NCBI GenBank assembly: GCA_022730455.1
Contig: DZDI01000002.1
Coordinates: forward strand, 1 to 59,029
Direction of reading: 5' to 3'
Source: Phycisphaera mikurensis
Lineage (GTDB): Bacteria > Planctomycetota > Phycisphaerae > WQYP01
DNA: 59,029 nucleotides
The first letter of the stretch is position 1. The number at the start of each line of letters is the position of its first letter. A program made the translations under genes and the position numbers. Shown in pieces: positions 17,019-25,286 of this stretch. A model generated the notes under the pieces. It was not told the origin of the DNA. It saw only the letters and a program-made list of their open reading frames with translations, and did no database searches.

Positions 17019-18389
17019 TCAGTGATGGAATGCGCCGCTGGCCGCCTTAGGCTCTTGGGGTGTGTGATGGTTGAGGGTTTCGATTGCCCGTTTGAGATCG
17101 TTCATTAAAAGATCGGCCATGTCGCGGGAAAAACCCTCGCGCAGGACGATCCGGAGCACCGCTACGTCTTGTGCATTTGCTGGCATGGTGTAGGCGGGAA
17201 TCTGCCAGCCGCTCGTCCGCATTTGATCCGAAACATCGAAAACCGAATAGCGCCTTGTGTCCTTCAGGCGGAAGGCAAATACAGGCGTCTCGCTGCCGTC
17301 GCTGAGCATTTCGAACGGTCCGATCGCAGCGATGCGGGCCGACAGGTCCGTTGCGATGTCACGCAGGGAGCGCATGATGCGTCGATAGCCATCATGGCCA
17401 AGCCTGAGAAAGTTGTAATATTGGCCGACAATCGAATTGCCTGGCCGTGAGAAGTTGAGCGTGAAGGTGGGCATGTCCCCGCCGAGATAATTGACGTGAA
17501 ACACCAAATCGTCGGGCAGATGCTGCTTATCTCGCCACACGACCCAGCCTACGCCGGGGTATACCAAGCCGTATTTGTGTCCGGAGGTATTGATCGACAC
17601 GACGTTCGGCAGACGAAAATCCCAGCGCAGTTCAGGATGAATGAACGGCGCTACAAACCCACCGCTGGCTGCGTCAACGTGCATCGGCACCGCCAGCCCC
17701 GTCGCTTTGTTGTGCGCCACAATCGCATCATGAATTGCTTCGATGGGCTCGAATTCGCCGGTGAACGTTGTGCCGAGAATCGCTACGACGCCGATCGTGT
17801 TTTCATCAAGTCGGCTGACCACTTCCTCCGGAGTTATGACGTAGCGCCCTTCCTGCATTGGAATGTAGCGAGGTTCAATGTCCCAGTAGCGGCAAAACTT
17901 CTCCCAGACAACCTGCACGTTTGCGCCCAGAACGAGATTGGGCTTGGTGGTCGTCTTGCCTGCGGCATCCTGTGCCTTGCGCCACCGCCATTTCATCGCC
18001 ATACCGGCCAGCATCACCGCCTCACTCGAACCGATCGCCGAAACCCCCACCGGTGCAGAGTGCTCGGGCGCGTGAAAGAGACGTGCGACCATATTCACAC
18101 AGCGCGTTTCAATTTCTGCGGTCTGGGGGTACTCGTCTTTGTCGATCATGTTCTTATCGAACGTTTCAGCCATAAGTTTTTGAGCTTCCGGCTCCATCCA
18201 CGTCGTGACGAAAGTTGCCAAATTTAACCTTGCATTGCCGTCGAGCATGAGCTCATCGTGAATAAGCTGATAGACCGTACGCGGATCCATTTCGGCTTGC
18301 GGCAGGCGGTAGCGCGGCACGGGCTTGGACATGGCACGGCGGCTGTAGGTGGGGGTAAGTTCGGTATCCGGTTGCAATGTTTTAACCAT
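17019..18389 (-). CDS. Glutamate decarboxylase (PLP-dependent)
   Basis: SINTSGHKYGLVYPGVGWVVWR contains the PLP-lysine motif. Full-length similarity in style to GadA/GadB. 456 aa. Confidence 0.9.
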   Translation of the reverse strand: MVKTLQPDTELTPTYSRRAMSKPVPRYRLPQAEMDPRTVYQLIHDELMLDGNARLNLATFVTTWMEPEAQKLMAETFDKNMIDKDEYPQTAEIETRCVNMVARLFHAPEHSAPVGVSAIGSSEAVMLAGMAMKWRWRKAQDAAGKTTTKPNLVLGANVQVVWEKFCRYWDIEPRYIPMQEGRYVITPEEVVSRLDENTIGVVAILGTTFTGEFEPIEAIHDAIVAHNKATGLAVPMHVDAASGGFVAPFIHPELRWDFRLPNVVSINTSGHKYGLVYPGVGWVVWRDKQHLPDDLVFHVNYLGGDMPTFTLNFSRPGNSIVGQYYNFLRLGHDGYRRIMRSLRDIATDLSARIAAIGPFEMLSDGSETPVFAFRLKDTRRYSVFDVSDQMRTSGWQIPAYTMPANAQDVAVLRIVLREGFSRDMADLLMNDLKRAIETLNHHTPQEPKAASGAFHH

Positions 18390-18510
18390 GATCGCATGCC
18401 TCCTGTCGGTGGGCGGATTTTCAGCCGGGTGTCACTCGGCGACGTCGTCGGAGCGTCGGCTGAAGGCTCTGCTGCCATTCTATACAAATTTGCCGATTCA
18501 CCGAAATCCA

Positions 18511-18545
18511 TGCCGCCGCAGTCCTTTTATTACTTGGGCAGACTC
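18511..18545 (-). repeat. Family D repeat copy 4
   Basis: The reverse complement reads GAGTCTGCCCAAGTAATAAAAGGACTGCGGCGGCA. Confidence 0.65.
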
Positions 18546-18598
18546 ATGGGCCCGATTTGCCCATTTAAGACGTCATAGATATACTACGGTGCTCGGTT

Positions 18599-18671
18599 GC
18601 CCTCATCGTCTAGAGGCCTAGGACACGGGCTTTTCACGCCTGTAACTGGGGTTCGAATCCCCATGAGGGCA
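18599..18671 (+). tRNA. tRNA-Glu (anticodon UUC)
   Basis: Cloverleaf: acceptor GCCCTCA/TGAGGGC, D arm GTCT..GGAC, anticodon stem CGGGC/GCCTG with loop TTTTCAC, T arm TGGGG-TTCGAAT-CCCCA, discriminator A. Confidence 0.92.
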
Positions 18672-18743
18672 TATGGATCGGCGGCCGGCAGTGGCACGCT
18701 GGTAACGTTTTAGGCGGTTGGCTAGATTTAGGATCATTTTTTA

Positions 18744-19310
18744 ATGGCTATCAAGGCAATTGATCTCCGGCGCGGTATTGCAGTCGAATACAACAGTAAA
18801 CTTTACGTCGTGCATGACTTCATGAAGGTATCCAAAGGCAATTGGCGGTCTTTCATGCAGGTGAAATTGAAAGATACTCAAACTGGCAGCATTATAGAAC
18901 AGCGCTTCCGCGTGGATGACACCTTGGAACAGGCCTTCCTTGAACAAAAACCGATGGAATACCTCTATTCCGCCGCCGACACCCATTACTTCATGGACCT
19001 TAAGGACTATGAACAGTTGGAGCTTGCCGGTGAGGTTGTAGGCGATGCGGTTAAATATCTCAAACCCAACACGCAGGTGCAAATCACCATGTACCAGGGC
19101 AAACCGTTCTCGGTGGAGTTGCCCAACACCGTTGAACTGCAAATAACGGACTGCCCGCCAGGTATTAAGGGTGCAACGGTAAGCAACGTCGGTAAAGATG
19201 CCACCTTGGAGACAGGTTTGGTGATCAACGTACCGGACTTCATCAGCAATGGCACCGTGGTGCGTGTGGACACCCGAACGGGTGAATATCTGGGCCGGGT
19301 AAATGACTGA
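18744..19310 (+). CDS. efp: Translation elongation factor P
   Basis: 188 aa. KVSKGNWRSFMQVKLKD loop region and the C-terminal VRVDTRTGEYLGRV are typical of EF-P. Confidence 0.95.
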   Translation: MAIKAIDLRRGIAVEYNSKLYVVHDFMKVSKGNWRSFMQVKLKDTQTGSIIEQRFRVDDTLEQAFLEQKPMEYLYSAADTHYFMDLKDYEQLELAGEVVGDAVKYLKPNTQVQITMYQGKPFSVELPNTVELQITDCPPGIKGATVSNVGKDATLETGLVINVPDFISNGTVVRVDTRTGEYLGRVND

Positions 19311-19479
19311 TAGTCCTCAGGGCGGTTGATCCGACCGGCCTTGAGCATTCGTGGGCTGTGGAATTCGGGGGAGGCAAGGAAGATTCGGCAGGCGGGCCGA
19401 CACTGAACGTGGTGACCATCGGGCTGTGGTAATCGGCTATGCGACGATCCTCTTGTGTCCCGCTTTTACATGGTTGTAG

Positions 19480-20439
19480 ATGATGCCCCCCATGAATATG
19501 TCTCCATCCCCGCAAAAACCCGGCGGTCGCCCCAATGATCCAGTCCGCACCATCCCACCTCCAGGCAATGTTTTTGTCCGAACATTTTATTTAATGATCG
19601 ACCCGGCGGCATGGCCCCGCGCCGCCATGTATGGCTTTCGCATCACCCTGGCGCCTCTGGTCATCGTAGCGCTGATTATGGCGTCGATTATTGCCGTCAA
19701 TGGCAGCCATAAAATGTATGGTTTGATTATGGCTTTTGCCCGGAACTACGATTCGCACTTTGATCCTATGACCCTTTCCAATGCAAAATTAACAGTGGTT
19801 TCCACCCCCGGTAAAAAGCCACTCCATTATGTCACGCCCCTCTTTGCCATCACGTACAGCACCAAAAAACAACCCCCCAAACTGTCTCATGGTCAACTGT
19901 TGGCGGTACGTCTGACACCCGCCGGGTATTACATGGCGGGGAACGGGCTGTTCAGTCGTACGCACCTTCAGCCGTATAAGAATTTGCAACAGATATTTGC
20001 CCGCTCACTTGGCCTGCCTGTCACGCACGGCAAAATGCCGGCGGTAACCATAAACTCCCACAGTTTGCTGGTAATAACGCATCGGTTTTTCTTCTACTTA
20101 GTTGTTATCGCGGCCATGGTTTTATCACTGATGGGAACGATTGGCATGTTGCTCTGGGCGGTCGTGGCGATGGTATTTGCTGCTCCGCTGGTCGCACTGG
20201 TGAATATGCGCCTGCGCATGCCGCTGCTGGTAGCCTACCGTATTGCGTGTGCGGTGATGGTGCCCATGACGGTCTTGCGGGCCGTTTTGCTGATGTACAA
20301 CGTTTTGCCATCAGCACCGCGCACTTTTACCGAGGAAATGCTCCCATTTATTTTGCCGGTTGCGGTATCCATTTGGGCTGCGTACATGGCGCGAAAAATG
20401 TATGATCGCCCGAAGCCATCCGCCGGTACCCGGCAATAG
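19480..20439 (+). CDS. Hypothetical multi-pass membrane protein
   Basis: 319 aa with several hydrophobic helices in the C-terminal half. I recognise no motif with certainty. Confidence 0.55.
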   Translation: MMPPMNMSPSPQKPGGRPNDPVRTIPPPGNVFVRTFYLMIDPAAWPRAAMYGFRITLAPLVIVALIMASIIAVNGSHKMYGLIMAFARNYDSHFDPMTLSNAKLTVVSTPGKKPLHYVTPLFAITYSTKKQPPKLSHGQLLAVRLTPAGYYMAGNGLFSRTHLQPYKNLQQIFARSLGLPVTHGKMPAVTINSHSLLVITHRFFFYLVVIAAMVLSLMGTIGMLLWAVVAMVFAAPLVALVNMRLRMPLLVAYRIACAVMVPMTVLRAVLLMYNVLPSAPRTFTEEMLPFILPVAVSIWAAYMARKMYDRPKPSAGTRQ

Positions 20440-20460
20440 CCGAAGCCGCACTGCTCCCAA

Positions 20461-20666
20461 CCAATCCTCGCGGATAAACCGCGAGGCTCGCCCTCGTCCA
20501 CTGCAATGGCAATCCGCACCCACAAAACAGCGAGCCGGGCAAGTATCGTCGACGCCAGCCGACCGGATCTGCATTCCTCCCCGCGAGCCGGGCAGTTGAA
20601 CGGAATCGCAAGTCGCCAGCCACCCCGCGAGCCGGGCAGTTTATCTGCCCGGTCTCCCCGAACGCG
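20461..20666 (-). repeat. Family E composite repeat, copy 1 (inverted relative to copies 2 and 3)
   Basis: The reverse complement aligns with 25036-25253 and 23041-23130. Hairpins: CCTCGCGG-ATAAA-CCGCGAGG (20466-20486) and CCGGGCAG-TTTAT-CTGCCCGG (20632-20652). CGAGCCGGGCA occurs three times. Confidence 0.85.
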
Positions 20667-20782
20667 AACTGATTTTTGCATCACCGAGCTTGCCAATATT
20701 TGAAAATTTATTTGATATCTGACTTGAAACTTCGGCTGCGGTCACATATGTTCCGGTACTGAGCCGGTTCTTTTTTCAGGAG

Positions 20783-22084
20783 GTGCCCATGGACGAATTG
20801 ACCATTGAATGCCCCAATTGCCACCACAAAATCAAGCTCACCGAGTCCATAGCTGCCCCATTGATTAAGCAAAAACAGGCGGATTTTCAGCGGCAGTTGG
20901 AAGAAGCACATATCCAAAATGAAAAAGTATTAAAAGAAGCGACGGATAAAATTGCACAGCGGGAAGCGGCCATCAAGGCCGAACGCGAAAAGCTTGCCGC
21001 CGAAAAAGCGGATATTGATGAGGCGGCGCGACGGATCGCCGAGCAGCAGCGCAAGAAAATTGCGGTTGAAGAGACACGCAAGGCCCGCCTGGCGGTTGAG
21101 GCGGAAATGGCGCAAAAATCGCGAGATATTCAGGAGTACGAGGAGATGTTAAAAGCCAACAACGCCAAGCTGGCCGAGGCGCAAAAGGCGCAGGCTGAGC
21201 TGGTCCGGAAACAGCGCGAGCTTGACGACGCCCGACGCGAGATGGAACTTAACATTGAAAAACAGGTGCAGGCGGGTTTGGGGCAGGCTCGCGACAAAGC
21301 CCGCAGGGAAGCGGAAGAAAGCCTGAAACTTAGCCTTACCGAAAAAGAACATACGATTGCTGCGATGCAAAAGAAAATTGAAGAACTCAAACAGCAGGGG
21401 GCACAGGGATCTCAACAATTACAGGGCGAAGTGCAGGAGTTGGAATTGGAATCAACGCTTCGCGACAAATTCAAGCATGACACTATTGAAGCAGTGCCGA
21501 AGGGCGAATTTGGCGGCGATGTACTCCAACGTATTATCAGTCCTAGCGGGCAAGCCTGCGGCACGATTCTTTGGGAAGCTAAACGCACCAAAAATTGGAG
21601 TGCCGCTTGGCTACCCAAACTGCGCGATGATCAGCGGGCCGCCAAGGCCGAAATTGCGGTGATCATTTCCAAGGTGTTGCCGGTTGAGGTGGAGACCTTC
21701 GATTTCATTGATGGTGTATGGATCACGTCTAGGGTATGCGCGCTGCCGGTGGCCATGGCACTGCGGCAATCTCTCATGGAACTTGCCGCCGCCCGGCAAG
21801 CCGGCGAAGGCCAGCAGACCAAAATGGGAATGGTATACGATTATTTGACCGGACCGCATTTTCGGCAGCGTGTGGAAGCGATTGTGGAGGCTTTCACTTC
21901 CATGCAGGACGATCTGAACGCCGAGAAAAAGGCGATTACCAAGCAATGGGCGAAAAGAGAATCACAAATCGAACGCGTGATGCAGGCCACCGTTGGCATG
22001 TACGGCGACTTGCAGGGCATCGCCGGTCAACAATTAAAGGAAATTCAAGGGTTGGACATCAAATCGCTGGGGTCGGGAGAATAA
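20783..22084 (+). CDS. DUF2130-like protein: N-terminal CxxC, long Lys/Glu coiled coil, C-terminal PD-(D/E)xK-like nuclease motif
   Basis: IECPNCHHKIKL at the N-terminus, ~200 aa of EK-rich coiled coil, then GGDVLQRI...ILWEAKRTKNW (D...ExK). The architecture resembles RmuC. Confidence 0.65.
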   Translation: MPMDELTIECPNCHHKIKLTESIAAPLIKQKQADFQRQLEEAHIQNEKVLKEATDKIAQREAAIKAEREKLAAEKADIDEAARRIAEQQRKKIAVEETRKARLAVEAEMAQKSRDIQEYEEMLKANNAKLAEAQKAQAELVRKQRELDDARREMELNIEKQVQAGLGQARDKARREAEESLKLSLTEKEHTIAAMQKKIEELKQQGAQGSQQLQGEVQELELESTLRDKFKHDTIEAVPKGEFGGDVLQRIISPSGQACGTILWEAKRTKNWSAAWLPKLRDDQRAAKAEIAVIISKVLPVEVETFDFIDGVWITSRVCALPVAMALRQSLMELAAARQAGEGQQTKMGMVYDYLTGPHFRQRVEAIVEAFTSMQDDLNAEKKAITKQWAKRESQIERVMQATVGMYGDLQGIAGQQLKEIQGLDIKSLGSGE

Positions 22085-22219
22085 ATCCTACCCGCCATTT
22101 TCATGCAGCCGGGTTGCCGTCGCGCGGGTATTATCGGCCATTTGCGAAGGCCTCCGCCGCTGGTTCAGGGCCGTGCGGACTGATTTGCCTTGCCCTCCGG
22201 TTCAAATAGCCACCGGCTT

Positions 22220-22290
22220 GTAGCGCAGGCGTCTCGCCTGCTTAGGTTGCAGACAGGATGTCTACGACACCGGGCGTCCCTCGCACGCCC
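22220..22290 (+). repeat. Family A repeat copy 2
   Basis: GTAGCGCAGGCGTCTCGCCTGCTTAGGTTGCAGACAGGATGTCTACG..., matching 10676-10744. Confidence 0.75.
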
Positions 22291-22476
22291 TGCCGCTCTG
22301 CGCGAGATAATAAAAATCCTTCGTGTGGCATAAGGTTTCATGCTGACCGCATGATGGTATTTGGTTTATGTGTCGCGCAGAGGAAAAGAGACGCAGAGGT
22401 CTAATCACCAGATGAGACGCTCAATACTGGCCGAAACACCGGCAGTTGAATCACTCCGGGCCGGTCCCCAGGGTGA

Positions 22477-22504
22477 TTGACGCATCCAGCCGGCAATGTA
22501 CAAT
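22477..22504 (+). promoter_or_regulatory. Candidate promoter (TTGACG - 16 nt - TACAAT)
   Basis: TTGACG at 22477-22482 and TACAAT at 22499-22504, preceded by TG. It lies ~80 nt upstream of the ATG at 22586. Confidence 0.35.
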
Positions 22505-22585
22505 CCCCATCGTATGCGGCGGGGAAGCATGTCCCGGTTTATCGTGCGCCGCAACAGAGTGTCAATTTCGATGGGGAGGTTGTCC

Positions 22586-22948
22586 ATGTCAAGTGCTGCC
22601 GACGTATCGCCCGTGCCGAGTGGTGCGCCAAGTAACGAAGATAAAAACATGGCCATTGTCATTTGGATACTCGGCTTGTTCATTGGCATCTGGATGAGCT
22701 TGATCTTCTATCTGCTGAAAAAGAGTGAGGGCGGATGGATTACCGATGTTGTCCGCGAGGCATTGAATTTTCAGATATCATTTTTAATATATTTTGCGGT
22801 GAGCATTGTGCTTATCTTTGTCGTCATTGGCGTCATTATCGCCCCTGTGGTCGGAATTTTGTTTATCGTTTTCTCAATCATGGGTGCGGTGAAATGTTCG
22901 TCCGGCCAGGTGTACCGTTGCCCGCTTGCCATCCGCATGCTTAAGTAG
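22586..22948 (+). CDS. DUF4870-family small membrane protein
   Basis: EALNFQISFLIYF...VFSIMGAVKCSSGQVYRCPLAIRMLK matches the DUF4870 pattern. GGGGAGG RBS before the ATG at 22586. Confidence 0.75.
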   Translation: MSSAADVSPVPSGAPSNEDKNMAIVIWILGLFIGIWMSLIFYLLKKSEGGWITDVVREALNFQISFLIYFAVSIVLIFVVIGVIIAPVVGILFIVFSIMGAVKCSSGQVYRCPLAIRMLK

Positions 22949-22957
22949 CGGGGGCCC

Positions 22958-23192
22958 GCCGGTTTCCCATGCGCGCCGCCGAGTTTATCTCGGCGGGTTC
23001 GGCAGGAGACCGGTGCGCGGTGCGGGGGCTGGCGCGCGTTCGGAGAGACCGGGCAGATAAACTGCCCGGCTCGCTGGGTGGAGTGCAGATCGGGTCGGAT
23101 GGCGTCGGCGATGCCTCGTACCTGCGAGCCGCGCCGGTTTCCCATGCGAGCCACCGAGTTTATCCCAGCGGATTCGGCAGGAGACTGGTGCT
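22958..23192 (+). repeat. Family E composite repeat, copy 2 (about 1.3 tandem units of ~175 nt)
   Basis: GCCGGTTTCCCATGCG begins both at 22958 and at 23133. Hairpins: CCGCCGAG-TTTAT-CTCGGCGG (22976-22996) and CCGGGCAG-ATAAA-CTGCCCGG (23049-23069). Confidence 0.85.
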
Positions 23193-23344
23193 ATAAAGAG
23201 AGGCGGTGCCGCGGGCGTTTTATTAGCGCTCGGCTTGCCGGTGGTTGGCACCGTAAATGGTCCAGAATGTTCAAAACGCCGAGAGACCGGAGCACACCGC
23301 GCCGGTGCGGCTGTGCGCATTTAATGGCCTGCGTACTATCGCCA

Positions 23345-23353
23345 TGGTACAAT
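23345..23353 (+). promoter_or_regulatory. Candidate extended -10 element (TGgTACAAT)
   Basis: TGGTACAAT lies ~25 nt upstream of the ATG at 23378 (GAGGA RBS). The -35 is weak. Confidence 0.3.
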
Positions 23354-23377
23354 CTAAGGCGCTGCTGAGGACTGATT

Positions 23378-24139
23378 ATGAATTTGCCACCAAATGAACG
23401 AATTCCCATTCGTCTGGGCAAGGAGCCTCTGGTTGAAGCCGTCTGGGAGCTCCGTTTTGACGGCGAGGAGTCGGTTGGCAGCGCTTTGCCGGGAATCCTT
23501 TACGAAAAATACCATAGAGAAAATCCGGATTTGAAGGTTCAGGCATTACCTTTGGTGAGGATGCCGGGAGAGGTTCGATCCCTCCAACCATCCTTCCGAT
23601 ACATGCCCATGCACTCACTGAAGTTTGGAAATTTTGTGGTCTTTACGGGAGACCATGTGGTGGCGTTAAGCGTGTCGGCACCCTACCCCGGCTGGAGCTG
23701 CTATTGCGAGGCTATTTGCCGACTTGCGCATTGGATGAAGGAATCAGGCTTGGTTCGCACGCCCACGCAATTCAGCCTTCGATATACCGATTTTTTTGAG
23801 GGCGACCGGCAAATCTTGGGCAATTTCAGGTTGGCGCTGAAGGCGGGCTCGTACGAACCATCGGAAGATGGCTTTCAACTACAGATGGGAATAAAGGTGG
23901 ACGGTATGGCGGGCGCAGTGCAGATGGCGTTTCCGGCACAGATGACGCATCAAGACAGCCGTATCCGCATTGGCTTGGTGACCCACGTGCAGGCAAATTG
24001 GACGGCTGCCTCCGCAACCACCTTCTGGGCCCAATACGAGGCATCTCTTGGCGTGGCCAAGGCCGCCTGCCACAAAGTGTTTTTTAACCTCCTTACCGAT
24101 GAGGCTATTAAGGCAATGGACCCCGTTTACGGAGCATGA
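23378..24139 (+). CDS. TIGR04255-family uncharacterised protein
   Basis: 253 aa. N-terminal KEPLVEAVWELRF and central FSLRYTDFF follow the TIGR04255 pattern. It is a paralogue, by architecture, of ORF 1068..1820. Confidence 0.65.
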   Translation: MNLPPNERIPIRLGKEPLVEAVWELRFDGEESVGSALPGILYEKYHRENPDLKVQALPLVRMPGEVRSLQPSFRYMPMHSLKFGNFVVFTGDHVVALSVSAPYPGWSCYCEAICRLAHWMKESGLVRTPTQFSLRYTDFFEGDRQILGNFRLALKAGSYEPSEDGFQLQMGIKVDGMAGAVQMAFPAQMTHQDSRIRIGLVTHVQANWTAASATTFWAQYEASLGVAKAACHKVFFNLLTDEAIKAMDPVYGA

Positions 24140-24143
24140 ATAA

Positions 24144-24566
24144 ATGTTTGGCTATCCAATACACTTGAGCCAGAACAAGATCGTTCATCTCGGCGGCGAT
24201 ATCACCTCGGGCTCATCGTCGCTCATCCTTGGGGGACTGGCAACGACTAAACCCGCGGAAAATACCGTGTCCGAGGGGCGGCTGACGATACGCCCATACG
24301 CCCTGATATCGGGAATATCCGCGCAGAACGTCAGGGCGCCCACCGCGGGGCTTCCCAGCCAATTTCAGGAGGCCGGTGCGAGTGACGTAGCCGGCAACCA
24401 CACGGGTACGCAAGCCCATTCGGCATGGGAATATGAGCCCAAAACCGAACTGGGCCGTAAACTCCGAGACATCCGCCAGCGGGCCATCGCTGATGGATTG
24501 CAGTTGCTCTCTCCGGACGAAATCGCGGCCGAGGTGCAGGATCGGCGTTATGGTCGGGATGCCTGA
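24144..24566 (+). CDS. Hypothetical protein, antitoxin-like C-terminus (putative partner of the PIN protein)
   Basis: GGAG RBS. The C-terminal ELGRKLRDIRQRAIADGLQLLSPDEIAAEVQDRR resembles small antitoxins that pair with PIN toxins. Its stop overlaps the PIN start (TGATG). The N-terminal ~90 aa are low complexity, so the true start may be internal. Confidence 0.5.
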   Translation: MFGYPIHLSQNKIVHLGGDITSGSSSLILGGLATTKPAENTVSEGRLTIRPYALISGISAQNVRAPTAGLPSQFQEAGASDVAGNHTGTQAHSAWEYEPKTELGRKLRDIRQRAIADGLQLLSPDEIAAEVQDRRYGRDA

Positions 24567-24979
24567 TGCCAGCGGCTACGCGGACTTACCTTGATACCGG
24601 CGTCCTCATCGCTGCATGGATGGGCAACCACCCGGTGGGTGCCAAATCCCGCGCCCTTTTGGATAGCACAGGACGGGTCTATATCCACAGCTTCTTTCTT
24701 GAACTGGAACTTTTTCCGAAGCCTATTTTTAATAAGTTCTACAACGAAATCGAGTTTTACCGGGCGGCCCTTGGCGGGTTTGAACGCGTGACAATTACCC
24801 AAACCGGTCTTGAAAAGATGGCGTTGAAAATTGCCGGGAAGTATGGCCTTGCCGCCATGGACGCGATCCACATTGCTGCGGCCATTGAGGGCAAAGCAGA
24901 GGAGTTCATCACCACGGAAAAGAGCGGTAAGCCGATCTGCCGCGTCACCGAAATAAGTGTCACATCCCTCTGGGCGTAG
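24566..24979 (+). CDS. PIN-domain ribonuclease (VapC-like toxin)
   Basis: YLDTGVLIA (first Asp), ELELFP (Glu) and AAMDAIHIAAA (third acidic residue). 137 aa. Confidence 0.8.
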   Translation: MPAATRTYLDTGVLIAAWMGNHPVGAKSRALLDSTGRVYIHSFFLELELFPKPIFNKFYNEIEFYRAALGGFERVTITQTGLEKMALKIAGKYGLAAMDAIHIAAAIEGKAEEFITTEKSGKPICRVTEISVTSLWA

Positions 24980-25035
24980 TCCGGCAGGGAACGCACGTTT
25001 TGGACAATCTGGGATAGCCTCGCGCAATGCGGGAC

Positions 25036-25253
25036 GGCCCGGCTCGCGGGGCGGAGTGCAGATCGGGCCGGATGGCGTCGGCGATGCCTCGTACCTGCGA
25101 GCCGCGCCGGTTTCCCATGCGAGCCGCCGATTTTATCTCGGCGGTTTCGGCAGGAGACCGGTGCGGGGGCTGGTGCGCGTTCGGGGAACCGGGCAGATAA
25201 ACTGCCCGGCTCGCGGGATGGCTGGCGACCTGCGATTGCGTTCACCTGCCCGG
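25036..25253 (+). repeat. Family E composite repeat, copy 3
   Basis: Circularly permuted relative to copy 2. It starts and ends with CCCGGCTCGCGGG. Hairpins at 25124-25144 and at 25189-25209 (CCGGGCAG-ATAAA-CTGCCCGG). Confidence 0.85.
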
Positions 25254-25286
25254 ATCGCTTAGGGACGGCATACGGCAGGCTTTGCC

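Noticed and set aside
20529-20666. CRISPR-like reading of the three CGAGCCGGGCA repeats spaced by ~45-52 nt
   Set aside because: There are only three copies of a ~15-17-nt word. The 'spacers' are themselves conserved in the other family E copies, and no cas genes are present. This is internal substructure of a dispersed repeat, not a CRISPR array.
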